Virus record (IMG/VR): IMGVR_UViG_2706794668_000011
Source of the DNA: a virus
Lineage: Duplodnaviria > Heunggongvirae > Uroviricota > Caudoviricetes
DNA: 64,000 nt
Reading direction: 5' to 3' (one strand)
Part shown: positions 55,203 through 64,000 of the stretch, piece by piece
Layout of the letters: each line of letters opens with the position of its first letter
Position numbering within the stretch: position 1 is the first letter of the stretch
Notes under the pieces: generated by a model
Databases searched by the model: none
Told to the model about the DNA's origin: nothing
What the model saw: the letters and a program-made list of their open reading frames with translations, nothing else
Translations under genes and position numbers: made by a program

Positions 55203-55538
55203 ATGGAAAGACAAACGTTTAATTGGTATCCAGATTACGAATCTGAAAAGAGCGTAAAACCGAATGTAACGGTACTTAATTTTGGTGATGACTACGAGCA
55301 GCGACAGGCTCAAGGTCTTAATCGTATTAAAGAAGAATGGTCGTTAACCTTTACCAGATCATACAACGAAATTAATGCAATCGATGACTTCCTTACTGAG
55401 CGATCAGGTGTTGAATCGTTCTATTGGGTTAATCCAAGAGGCAAGCAGATTGTAGTTGTATGTGACAGTCATACGGTCAAGAGATATCAGGGGTACTGTG
55501 TCTTAACTGCTACATTCAGACAAGTATTTGAGGCTTAA
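55203..55538 (+). CDS. minor tail protein, lambda gpM-like
   Basis: 111 aa; FGDDYEQR...GLN pattern as in lambda M (FGDGYSQR...GLN). Confidence 0.7.
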   Translation: MERQTFNWYPDYESEKSVKPNVTVLNFGDDYEQRQAQGLNRIKEEWSLTFTRSYNEINAIDDFLTERSGVESFYWVNPRGKQIVVVCDSHTVKRYQGYCVLTATFRQVFEA

Positions 55539-55544
55539 GTATCT

Positions 55545-55570
55545 GGATAAGTAAGTACTAATTTACTATC
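55545..55570. promoter_or_regulatory. motif B variant (ggataagtaagtactaatttactatc)
   Basis: 7 nt after the M-like stop; followed by hairpin 55576-55598. Confidence 0.4.
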
Positions 55571-55620
55571 ATTGTGGCGCTGACAGGATGTCAGCGCCTA
55601 CTTATTTCAAGGATGAAACA

Positions 55621-56319
55621 ATGGGAATTAAAGCTGATATTCAGAGCTTATCTCCCTCTGCACTCATTGAGTTGTTCGTACTGGATATGTCGAACACAAC
55701 TTCAGGGGGGAAGCTATTCTTCCACGCCGGAACAAACGAACTGATGCAACCGGTCGTCTGGCAAGGAGTGACATACGAGCCGTGGCCAATCAAAGCATCA
55801 GGCTTTGACAAAACTGGCCAGGGAACGTTGCCACGTCCAAAAATTCAGGTATCGAACTTTGCCGGAACCGTCTCTGCGGAAGTTCAGGCGAACGACGATC
55901 TTGTTGGCTGCCGCATTATTCGCAAGATGACGCTGGCTCGCTTCCTCGATGCCGTTAATTTTAAAGACGGCAACCCAACAGCAGATCCAAACCAACATTT
56001 CCCGGATGAAATGTGGTTTATCGAACAGAAAACTCTCGAAACTCATCAGGTTGTCGAGTTTGAATTGTCCAGTGTGTTCGATTTGATGGGGGTACAACTG
56101 CCGTATCGTCAGATCATTAAAAACACCTGCCCGTGGAAATACCGAGGGCCAGAATGCGGCTATACCGGTCCATATTTCGACAAAAATAACCAGCAGACGT
56201 CTATGTCTGGTGCGGATTACTGCACAAAACGTTATGACGCCTGTAATGCGCGTCGGAATTATTTTGCCGACGGTGTGATCCATTTTGGTGGATTTATTGG
56301 AGCTACGCGGTATGGGTAA
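55621..56319 (+). CDS. minor tail protein, lambda gpL-like
   Basis: 232 aa from ATG with RBS aagga; ARFLDAVNF and CxW(K/T)YRG...ECGY(T/S)GP motifs as in lambda L; the track start 55588 lies inside a hairpin. Confidence 0.75.
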   Translation: MGIKADIQSLSPSALIELFVLDMSNTTSGGKLFFHAGTNELMQPVVWQGVTYEPWPIKASGFDKTGQGTLPRPKIQVSNFAGTVSAEVQANDDLVGCRIIRKMTLARFLDAVNFKDGNPTADPNQHFPDEMWFIEQKTLETHQVVEFELSSVFDLMGVQLPYRQIIKNTCPWKYRGPECGYTGPYFDKNNQQTSMSGADYCTKRYDACNARRNYFADGVIHFGGFIGATRYG

Positions 56320-57109
56320 TAAAGCAATCCCTGAGCTTGGCTCTGACGTTATGCAGCAAATCTATCTCTGCGCCATAAATCGCTACCCTAATGAAGCGTG
56401 TGGCTTTCTGGTTAGAACTAATGGCGACAAATATCGCTTTATGGAAGCGCGGAATGTTTCGGAGAACCCGCAGAACACTTTTGTAATGCACGTTGACGAC
56501 ATTATGGCGGCTGAGGATGCGGGTGATGTTATCGCAATCTGGCATTCACATACTGATGAATCAGCAGAAGCATCTGATGCCGATCGTGCAGGCTGCGAAG
56601 CGACGGAAGTTCCGTGGATGATTCTGGCTATTCGCAAGAATGTTGAGGGAGATGCCCCTTTCCATTTTAGCGAGATGAATGTGATCACACCTGATGGTTT
56701 CGAAATGCCATACCTGTGCAGACCGTATGTATTTGGCGTATTCGATTGCTGGATGTTGTGTCGGGACTATTTGAAGCGTGAGTTTAACGTCGAACTAAAC
56801 CCGAACGCACACCTGCATATTCCATCGTGGTACACCGGCGATAACGACATTCTCGACCAGAACTACCGAAACGAAGGATTGGTACGGCTTGCGCCCGGAA
56901 CAGAACCTCAACGTGGGGACGTCTTCTTTATCCAATACGGAAAAATGCCTGACCACTGTGCGGTTTATATCGGCGATGGAATGATTCTTCATCACCAGAT
57001 CGACCGCCTTAGTTGTCGTGCTTATTACGGCGGGATGTATCAGAAACATACGACGCATCACTTGCGTCACAGAGACTTGCTCAAGGGAGATGAGACGTGT
57101 CTGAGTTAG
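56312..57109 (+). CDS. tail assembly protein, lambda gpK-like (JAB/MPN plus NlpC/P60-like regions)
   Basis: HSHTDES...SDAD metalloprotease-like motif and downstream Cys/His motif (FDCWML ... H); ATG overlaps L stop. Confidence 0.7.
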   Translation: MGNKAIPELGSDVMQQIYLCAINRYPNEACGFLVRTNGDKYRFMEARNVSENPQNTFVMHVDDIMAAEDAGDVIAIWHSHTDESAEASDADRAGCEATEVPWMILAIRKNVEGDAPFHFSEMNVITPDGFEMPYLCRPYVFGVFDCWMLCRDYLKREFNVELNPNAHLHIPSWYTGDNDILDQNYRNEGLVRLAPGTEPQRGDVFFIQYGKMPDHCAVYIGDGMILHHQIDRLSCRAYYGGMYQKHTTHHLRHRDLLKGDETCLS

Positions 57110-57690
57110 TTCATGTGCAGCTTGGCGGCCCTATGGCCAAACATTTTGGCCGCCACTGGCATCTAAAGGTGCGCAATACAAAACAGGCTCTGGATTTAAT
57201 TGAGGCCAATAAGCCTGGTTTTAAAGCATGGATGAAGCGCAATATCAAAACCTATGACAGATACCACATCCAGATCACCAATAAACAGGGCCACAAGTGG
57301 TCTGTGGACGAGAGTGAATATCAGATGATGGGGCAGTCTGACAACATTGCCAAAATCCGCATTACCCCTGTTCCGCGAGGAAGCGGCGGATCTGCTTTTG
57401 GGTGGTTTCAGACGGTAGTAGGGGCCGCTTTGTTGGTTGTATCGGCGGTAATGATGCCCGCTCTTGCCCCTCTCGGTTTGTCACTGATGATGGGCGGTAT
57501 AGCGCAAATCATATCTCCGCAAGCCACTAACGAAAGTGTGAGGCAGGCGGATAACTCGAACTCTTATTACTTTGATGGACCTCAAAACACAACAAACCAG
57601 GGGAACCCTGTACAGCTTATCTATGGCGAGGAAATTTTAGTTGGCTCACAGGTCGTGAGTTCTTCTATCACCATCGACCAGCTTATGTAA
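57097..57690 (+). CDS. tail assembly protein, lambda gpI-like (GTG start)
   Basis: 197 aa; RBS agggag; central hydrophobic stretch; position between K-like and J-like genes. Confidence 0.65.
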   Translation: MSELVHVQLGGPMAKHFGRHWHLKVRNTKQALDLIEANKPGFKAWMKRNIKTYDRYHIQITNKQGHKWSVDESEYQMMGQSDNIAKIRITPVPRGSGGSAFGWFQTVVGAALLVVSAVMMPALAPLGLSLMMGGIAQIISPQATNESVRQADNSNSYYFDGPQNTTNQGNPVQLIYGEEILVGSQVVSSSITIDQLM

Positions 57691-57706
57691 TCAAGGATTT
57701 TTGGAC

Positions 57707-60700
57707 ATGGAACAGTTCAAGAAGAAAAAGTTACCTCTATTAATTGCAGGTTCTGGTGGCAAAAAAAGTAGCAAAAGCTCTAGTCGCACACCAGTTGAAG
57801 CAGACGATACCGTAAATTCTCGTGCTATGGCCTCTATTCTCGATCTTCTTGGAGAAGGCGTAATTGGCGGCTTGGTAAATGGCGCAAGATCTATTTTTGT
57901 CGACGATTTGCCCATAGTAAATGAAGACGGCTCTTCAAACTTTAGCGGAATTTCATGGGATTTTCGAGACGGCTCGCAAGACCAGACACCAATGTCTGGC
58001 TTTGATTTCGTCGAAACACCTAAATCGATCAATATCCAACTAAAGAAATCGCATTATGTGACGGTTTCAATAGATAACGATGAGGCCGATCGTGTTCGAG
58101 TCATCATGAAGTTCCCTTCTCTGCGAAGAATAGACCAAAAAACGGGTGATACAAACGGCACTACCGTTGAGTATAAGTTCCAGATCTCAAATGGAGATTC
58201 AACATTTGTAGATGTGGTCGCAGAAGGTGAAAAAAACGTTGGTATTAAGTTAACAGCGAAGAAAACCGGTGCTTATTATCGTAGTTATGAGCTGAAGTTA
58301 CCCAAGCCAGGTCGGGCATACAGTGTTCGAGTAGTTCGTATTACTGATGATAACAGCGGTCAGTATCTTTATAACGATACATGGGTGGACTCAATCGGTG
58401 AGATCGTTGATACACCGATGAACTACCCAAACTCTGCGTTGGTGGGACTGAAGGTTAATTCTGAGCAGTTTGGCGGCTCTATGCCTTCTCGTTCCTATCT
58501 GGTGCGGGGATTAAAAATTCGCGTACCATCAAACTACAACGAGGCTAGCAACACTTATGATGGCGTATGGGATGGCTCTTTTAAGCTGTTGTCATCTTCA
58601 AACCCTGCGTGGATTCTCTTCGACTTGCTTACCAATTCTCGATATGGGCTTGGTCAGTATGTGTCGGAATCTATGATTGATCTCGGCCAACTGTACCAGA
58701 TCGGTCGATATTGTGACGAAGAGGTTGATGATGGCTTTGGTGGTAAAGAGAAACGCTTTGCAATCAATACGCAGATCACCAGTAGACAGGATGCATACCG
58801 ACTAATTCAGGATATTGCCGGTGCATTCCGCGGCATGGTGTTTTGGGCTGGTGGCATGGTTAACATCATGCAGGATAGCCCATCAGATCCAGTAATGATG
58901 TTTACCAACTCGAACGTCAAAGATGGATTGTTTACCTATAAAGGTTCTGCGCGTAAAGATCGCCCATCCGTTGCGCTCGTAACCTACAACAACAAGGAGG
59001 ACGGTTATAAGCAAAACATTGAGTACGTTGAAGATCAGGACGCAATGCGCCGTTATGGTGAGCGTAAAACAGAAGTCGTAGCATTTGGATGTACAAGCCG
59101 AGGCCAGGCTCACCGAGTTGGTTTGTGGCTTTTGTATACCGCCAGAATGGAGTCGGATGTAATTACATTTACTGCCGGTTTAGACGCCTCATTTCTGATG
59201 CCCGGTGAAACCGTTCTGATTCAGAACAAATATCGTGCAGGTAAACGTAACTCCGGTCGAATTGTGGAGTTTACCAAAAACAGCATCACTCTCGATGCGC
59301 CTGTGTCGTTAGCTAAAAGCGGCAGCTTTATTCGGATATTGAATCAGGAAGGCAAAATCGTTGAACGCGATGTTCTTGAAACTGGCGAAAACATAACAAA
59401 GGTTACGTTTTCAAAAGCTCTGTCGTCAGCGGAAACGCCTGTTTTGAACGGTGTATGGACAATCACAGAACCAGATCTCGAACCTATGCGCGTTCGCATC
59501 GTTAACATCGCTCAGGGGGAAACGTCGGGTAGCTTTGACATCACCGCTGTTGAGAACAATCCGTCTAAATATGAGGCAATCGACAATGGTGCAACGCTTA
59601 TCCCGCAGAATACGACGGTATTGGACCCGACTTACTCCAAGCCGTCTAATTTGCAAATCACCGAAGGGACTTATCTCTCAAGCCCAGGCAACCTGTCAGT
59701 AAAACTGACTGCAACATGGGAAGGGAAATCTCCAGAGTATTGGATCAGTTGGCGACGTTCTGATGAAAACAATGTATCGAACTGGCAATCGGCACGTGTA
59801 ACCGAAGAGCAATACGAAATCGTTAATGTCGCGGAGAATGGACGCTACGACTTCCAACTGTATGCGGTTTCATTCAACGGTAAAAAAACAGAGATTATCA
59901 GTACCGTTTATCAGGTGCTGGGCACAATGACACCGCCGGATGCACCAACGTCATTAACGGCCGTTGGAGACTATCGTAATGTGATACTGAATTGGGTTAA
60001 TCCAGATTCGGTAGACCTTGATCACATTAATGTTTACGCATCCCAGACCAACAATCTGGATACGGCGAAACTGATCGCAGAGTCTGCAAGCACCACCTTT
60101 ACACATTCTGGTCTTGGGGATAGTGAAACTTGGTATTACTGGGTTAGATCAGCAAATAAGCGTGGCATGTTGAGTCGCCCAAACTCAAATCTTGGTACAG
60201 AGGCCACAACGCGAGATGTTCTTTCATTTTTAGCCAATAAAATTACCTCGTCAGAACTTGGCCAGGCTTTAAATGAGGAAATTGACAGTAAGGCTTCTCA
60301 ACAAGCTGTTGATGAAATCAATAATCATATCGATCAGAGCGTCGAATCTCTGGAAGGTGAAATTTCCGCATTAAATAAGGAGCTAACGAGTAGTATCGAT
60401 GAGTTCAAAACATCGTTTACTGAACGCAGCGAGACACTGGAGAATGCGCAAAGCGAGCTTAGAACGGAAGTTTCTAGCACTCGGGAAAAAGTAGATGATG
60501 CATTACGACAAGTTGAAAATTCAAATGCAGCACTTATTGAACTACGTAATACAGTATCAAAACAAGGTGATTCTGTTGCTGGTGTCGTAGAAGCAGCAAA
60601 TGCGGCACTTGAAAATGCATCATCTTTAATTGCCGAAGAGCGTAAAGTTCGTGCACAAGCAGATCTAGCGAATGCTAAAAAGATAGAAACGATGAGATCA

Positions 60701-62413
60701 TCGGTTGATGAAAGTGTTGCGGCTGTAGAAGAAATGCGGAGAACGGTTGCTGAGGTAGGAAGAGTAAGTTCAGAAATCACAACTAATCTTGAAGCCATTT
60801 CTAAGACAAATATCGATCTTGCGTTGCGGCAGGACGAAGATCAGCACAGACAGCTGGTAAATAACGCGAAAATTGCCACGACTCAAAAGATTCTTGTCGA
60901 TGATGTGTCAGCAATGGCGTCTAAGGTTGAAGAGATACGAGCCGAGATTGGTGACAACATTCGAGCATCTATTCTCGAAGAAGCGACAGCCAGAACTGAT
61001 GGTGATAATGCGTTAGCCAATCGTGTGACACAATTACAGAGTAAATTTGAAGGTGATATCAGTGCCGCAATAAGGACCGAACAATCTGCAAGAGCATCGG
61101 CCAATGAGACTCTTTCAAAGCAGATCACACAACTGGAGTCTAAAGTAAATACTGATATTTCAACCGCTATTAGAGAAGAGCAACAAACAAGAGCAACGCA
61201 AGATGAAGCATTATCAAGGCAAATAACTCAACTTCAAACAAAAGTTAATAACGATATATCTGCTGCTATTAAAAGTGAGCAACAAGCGCGAGTTAGCGGC
61301 GATTCAGCGTTATCCACACAAATTAATCAATTGCAGGCAAAAGTAGATGATGACATATCAGCTGCTATTAATGAGGAAAGAGAAGCCAGAGCATCAGGCG
61401 ATAGTGCACTATCAAGAGAAGTTAGTAGTTTAAAAACAAAAACAGGTAAAGACATTGCAGCGGCGGTAGCAGTTGAAACCAAAGCAAGAACTGACGCTAA
61501 CGATGCATTATCCAGACAAATTTCTTCTCTTACTACGAGGGCTAATAATCTTCAGTCCTCGATAGAGCGAGAATCGACATCTCGTACAAGTCAGGATTCT
61601 GCCATTGCAAAAGACTTGGCAAGTTTTAAAACAAAAACTGCTAAGGATATAAGTGCAGCTGTTGCGGTTGAAACTCAAGCAAGAGCTGCCGCTGATACCG
61701 CATTGACGTCGCAGATTAACTCACTAAAGACACAAACAGGTAAAGATATAAAGGCTGCTGTAGCAGAAGAGACGAAAGCCAGAACTGATGCTGATGCAGC
61801 GCTTTCGACAAGGGTAACTAATCTCCAGTCGCAAACAACAAATTATATCAATGCAGCGATTACGTCAGAGTCAAAGGCCAGAACAAGTGCAGACAACGCT
61901 CTAGGAAAACGAATTGATACACTGAAAGCGTCTGTAGATGGAAATGTTGCCGTTATTCAGCAGCAGGCTTCTGCTATAGCTGACGCTAATAGAAAAGTAT
62001 CAACCTCGTACACATTGAAGATGGAAACTTCAACGAGTGGTGGGCAGAAGTATGTAGCGGGCATTGCGCTGGGTATTGATACAACGGGGCTTTCTCAGTT
62101 TTTGGTGCGGGCAGATCGATTTGGTTTGGTCAACAATGTTAATGGGAAGATCACAACGCCATTTGTTATCGAAAACAGCGTTGCGTATATGAACGGTGCT
62201 TATATCAAAGATGGCACTATCACAAACGCAAAGGTAGGTGACTTACAATCAACAAACTTCGTAAGAGGACGAGCCGGATGGAGATTTGGCAAAAACGGAA
62301 CGCTTGAGATTAACGGTAACAGTGGAGGAAATGGGAGATTAGTTATCAATGGGCAGAGAATCGACGTTTACGACGACAATAATGTACTCAGGGTAAGAAT
62401 TGGTCGACTTTGA
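57707..62413 (+). CDS. central tail fibre / host-specificity protein, lambda gpJ-like, with C-terminal coiled-coil repeat extension
   Basis: ~1568 aa; position after I-like gene; FN3-like middle region; ~10 periodic ~29-aa repeats (DISAAI..EQQAR..D.ALS.QI.QL) encoded at about 60990-61940. Confidence 0.85.
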   Translation: MEQFKKKKLPLLIAGSGGKKSSKSSSRTPVEADDTVNSRAMASILDLLGEGVIGGLVNGARSIFVDDLPIVNEDGSSNFSGISWDFRDGSQDQTPMSGFDFVETPKSINIQLKKSHYVTVSIDNDEADRVRVIMKFPSLRRIDQKTGDTNGTTVEYKFQISNGDSTFVDVVAEGEKNVGIKLTAKKTGAYYRSYELKLPKPGRAYSVRVVRITDDNSGQYLYNDTWVDSIGEIVDTPMNYPNSALVGLKVNSEQFGGSMPSRSYLVRGLKIRVPSNYNEASNTYDGVWDGSFKLLSSSNPAWILFDLLTNSRYGLGQYVSESMIDLGQLYQIGRYCDEEVDDGFGGKEKRFAINTQITSRQDAYRLIQDIAGAFRGMVFWAGGMVNIMQDSPSDPVMMFTNSNVKDGLFTYKGSARKDRPSVALVTYNNKEDGYKQNIEYVEDQDAMRRYGERKTEVVAFGCTSRGQAHRVGLWLLYTARMESDVITFTAGLDASFLMPGETVLIQNKYRAGKRNSGRIVEFTKNSITLDAPVSLAKSGSFIRILNQEGKIVERDVLETGENITKVTFSKALSSAETPVLNGVWTITEPDLEPMRVRIVNIAQGETSGSFDITAVENNPSKYEAIDNGATLIPQNTTVLDPTYSKPSNLQITEGTYLSSPGNLSVKLTATWEGKSPEYWISWRRSDENNVSNWQSARVTEEQYEIVNVAENGRYDFQLYAVSFNGKKTEIISTVYQVLGTMTPPDAPTSLTAVGDYRNVILNWVNPDSVDLDHINVYASQTNNLDTAKLIAESASTTFTHSGLGDSETWYYWVRSANKRGMLSRPNSNLGTEATTRDVLSFLANKITSSELGQALNEEIDSKASQQAVDEINNHIDQSVESLEGEISALNKELTSSIDEFKTSFTERSETLENAQSELRTEVSSTREKVDDALRQVENSNAALIELRNTVSKQGDSVAGVVEAANAALENASSLIAEERKVRAQADLANAKKIETMRSSVDESVAAVEEMRRTVAEVGRVSSEITTNLEAISKTNIDLALRQDEDQHRQLVNNAKIATTQKILVDDVSAMASKVEEIRAEIGDNIRASILEEATARTDGDNALANRVTQLQSKFEGDISAAIRTEQSARASANETLSKQITQLESKVNTDISTAIREEQQTRATQDEALSRQITQLQTKVNNDISAAIKSEQQARVSGDSALSTQINQLQAKVDDDISAAINEEREARASGDSALSREVSSLKTKTGKDIAAAVAVETKARTDANDALSRQISSLTTRANNLQSSIERESTSRTSQDSAIAKDLASFKTKTAKDISAAVAVETQARAAADTALTSQINSLKTQTGKDIKAAVAEETKARTDADAALSTRVTNLQSQTTNYINAAITSESKARTSADNALGKRIDTLKASVDGNVAVIQQQASAIADANRKVSTSYTLKMETSTSGGQKYVAGIALGIDTTGLSQFLVRADRFGLVNNVNGKITTPFVIENSVAYMNGAYIKDGTITNAKVGDLQSTNFVRGRAGWRFGKNGTLEINGNSGGNGRLVINGQRIDVYDDNNVLRVRIGRL

Positions 62414-62442
62414 TTATGGAAAAAAATATTTTTATCGATAAT

Positions 62443-62466
62443 AATAGGTAGTTACATACTTAATGG
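62443..62466. promoter_or_regulatory. motif B copy (aataggtagttacatacttaatgg)
   Basis: Between J-like stop and Stf-like start; followed by hairpin 62465-62485. Confidence 0.45.
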
Positions 62467-62507
62467 TGGGCAAGGATAGCCCACCTGATTAAAGGAGCAG
62501 ATTCAAC

Positions 62508-64000
62508 ATGTGGTACAGGGAAGGTACTATCACATTTACACAAGGCAGCAATACTCTGGTTGGTGCTGGGACAGCATGGAACGTTACGGCCAATGGTGTG
62601 TTGCCTGGCATGATTGTCGTCGCACCTGATAATAAATTGTATGAAATTAAAAGCGTAACAAATGACACAACCTTAACGTTGGTTGAAAACTATACTGGTG
62701 AAACGCAAAGTGATATACCATGTAGGATCATCACTACCTACGAAGGAGATTTGACACAGTTTAGTGCGAGATTTACGGCTCTTTTATCACGAATGTCTGG
62801 TGATGCAAAAACAGTTCGAAATTGGTTAACTGCCGTAGATGAAGTTACTCTTGAGCGAGAAGATGGCACTAATGTTAATGTAAAACCTCTTTCTAAGATT
62901 ATCGCGGAGCATAATAAGCACGTAGAATGGTATGAAAATAATACTAACGCAATTAATTCCGCAGGAGATAAAGCAAAACAGGCTGCGGCCAGTGCGTCGG
63001 CTGCGGCGAAGAGTGCGAATCTAGCAAGCAGTAAGGCTACTCAGGCATCTAATAGTGCGTTGGATGCTACAGCGTCTAAAAATGCAGCAAATAAAAGTGC
63101 ATCAAGTGCTAAAGCATCAGAAACAAGTGCTTTAGAGGCGAAGAACGCAGCTGCAATTTCTGCATCAACAGCTTCCACTAAGGCAACAGAAGCCACAAGT
63201 TCGGCTAATGCTGCGTTGGTCTCTAAAGAGGCTGCAAAATTATCTGAAATGAATGCTGCTTCTGGTGCTGGCAGTGCATCAACTTCTGCAAATCAGGCTA
63301 GAGAGTCGGCAAGGTCTGCGAAGACATCCGCTAATCAGGCTTCAACTTATGCGTCTGCTGCTAGAGCTTCGAAGGATGAAGCTAGCCGAAAGTCTGCTGA
63401 AGCCTCAACTAGTGCTAGTAACGCATCATCGAAATCAGCTGAATCTGCGGCTAAAGCAGAAGAAGCAAAGCAAAGCCAAACATCAGCACTTGCATCGGCA
63501 GAGCGTGCAGAGATAGCTGCTACTAGAGCAGAAAGAGCTTTGTCAGCGATATCATTACATGATGCCAGTTTGACTATGAAGGGTATTGTCAAATTAAGCA
63601 GTGAGACGAGCAGTTCGTCAGAAGAATTTGCAGCAACACCAAAAGCAGTAAAGGCTGCGTTTGATCTTGCTAAATCAAAATATACTGCAAATGACGCGAC
63701 AACTTCACAAAAAGGGCTGGTTCAATTAAGTAGCGATACAAATAACGCCTCTGAATCATTGGCCGCAACAACAAAAGCGGTTAAAAGTGTAAAGGATCTT
63801 GCTGATAGAAAAGCAGCAATCAACAGCCCAGCATTTACTGGCACACCAACGGCACCAACGGCGACTCAAGGCACTAATAATACGCAAATTGCCACAACTG
63901 CTTATGTAAGAGAAGCGATCTCAGGTCTTGTAGGATCATCACCTGAAGCGCTTGATACTCTTAATGAGTTGGCAAGGGCTTTGGGTGATGATCCCGATTT
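62508..64000 (+). CDS. side tail fibre protein, lambda Stf-like (3' end beyond window)
   Basis: RBS aaggag; open to the window end; Ala/Ser-rich repeats and KGLVQLSS...AATTKAVK...SPAFTGTPTAPTA..GTNNTQIATTAYV...PEALDTLNELA segment closely parallel lambda Stf as remembered. Confidence 0.8.
   Translation, partial: MWYREGTITFTQGSNTLVGAGTAWNVTANGVLPGMIVVAPDNKLYEIKSVTNDTTLTLVENYTGETQSDIPCRIITTYEGDLTQFSARFTALLSRMSGDAKTVRNWLTAVDEVTLEREDGTNVNVKPLSKIIAEHNKHVEWYENNTNAINSAGDKAKQAAASASAAAKSANLASSKATQASNSALDATASKNAANKSASSAKASETSALEAKNAAAISASTASTKATEATSSANAALVSKEAAKLSEMNAASGAGSASTSANQARESARSAKTSANQASTYASAARASKDEASRKSAEASTSASNASSKSAESAAKAEEAKQSQTSALASAERAEIAATRAERALSAISLHDASLTMKGIVKLSSETSSSSEEFAATPKAVKAAFDLAKSKYTANDATTSQKGLVQLSSDTNNASESLAATTKAVKSVKDLADRKAAINSPAFTGTPTAPTATQGTNNTQIATTAYVREAISGLVGSSPEALDTLNELARALGDDPD

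Noticed and set aside
55588-55620. Upstream start of the L-like gene at 55588, and TTG starts of the tape measure (50583) and J-like gene (57701)
   Set aside because: 55588 lies inside a stable hairpin and lacks an RBS, while ATG 55621 has aagga at the right spacing. For the other two, nearby ATG codons with RBSs are more plausible.

Overview
The window is almost entirely one temperate siphovirus-type mobile element resident in an enterobacterial host, with a lambda-like tail module and a T4/T5-like nucleotide-metabolism module. Layout: 1-917 is the right part of IS2, inserted into an SbcD-like nuclease gene. 1.7-16.7 kb (+ strand) carries a recombination and nucleotide module: SbcC-like, RuvC-like, NrdA, NrdB (interrupted by a 254-N assembly gap), MazG-like, ThyA, DHFR, P-loop kinase, DnaQ-like exonuclease, an acidic protein, Dam methylase and RNase H. 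16.8-23.1 kb holds small accessory genes and a second DNA methyltransferase. 23.2-23.6 kb is a LexA-box-controlled UmuD'-like gene. 23.65-26.94 kb is an intact host-type apbC(mrp)-metG locus embedded in the element; this is the most unusual feature. 27.1-32.4 kb holds small early-type genes interleaved with iteron-like repeat arrays and an AC-rich tract. 32.8-37.4 kb holds reverse-strand accessory genes and an SF2 helicase. 37.5-40.9 kb holds two ParB-like genes, an ABC-type ATPase, a GNAT-like protein and a wHTH protein. 41.1-64.0 kb is the structural module: TerS, TerL, portal, scaffold, capsid, neck proteins, major tail, G/GT chaperone, tape measure, M/L/K/I/J-like tip proteins and an Stf-like fibre that runs off the window. 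Two dyad-symmetric motifs recur through the intergenic regions. No integrase, tRNA or CRISPR array was found. All coordinates were derived by hand from the ORF track and the sequence; functional calls rest on recognisable protein motifs and remembered reference sequences, not on database searches.
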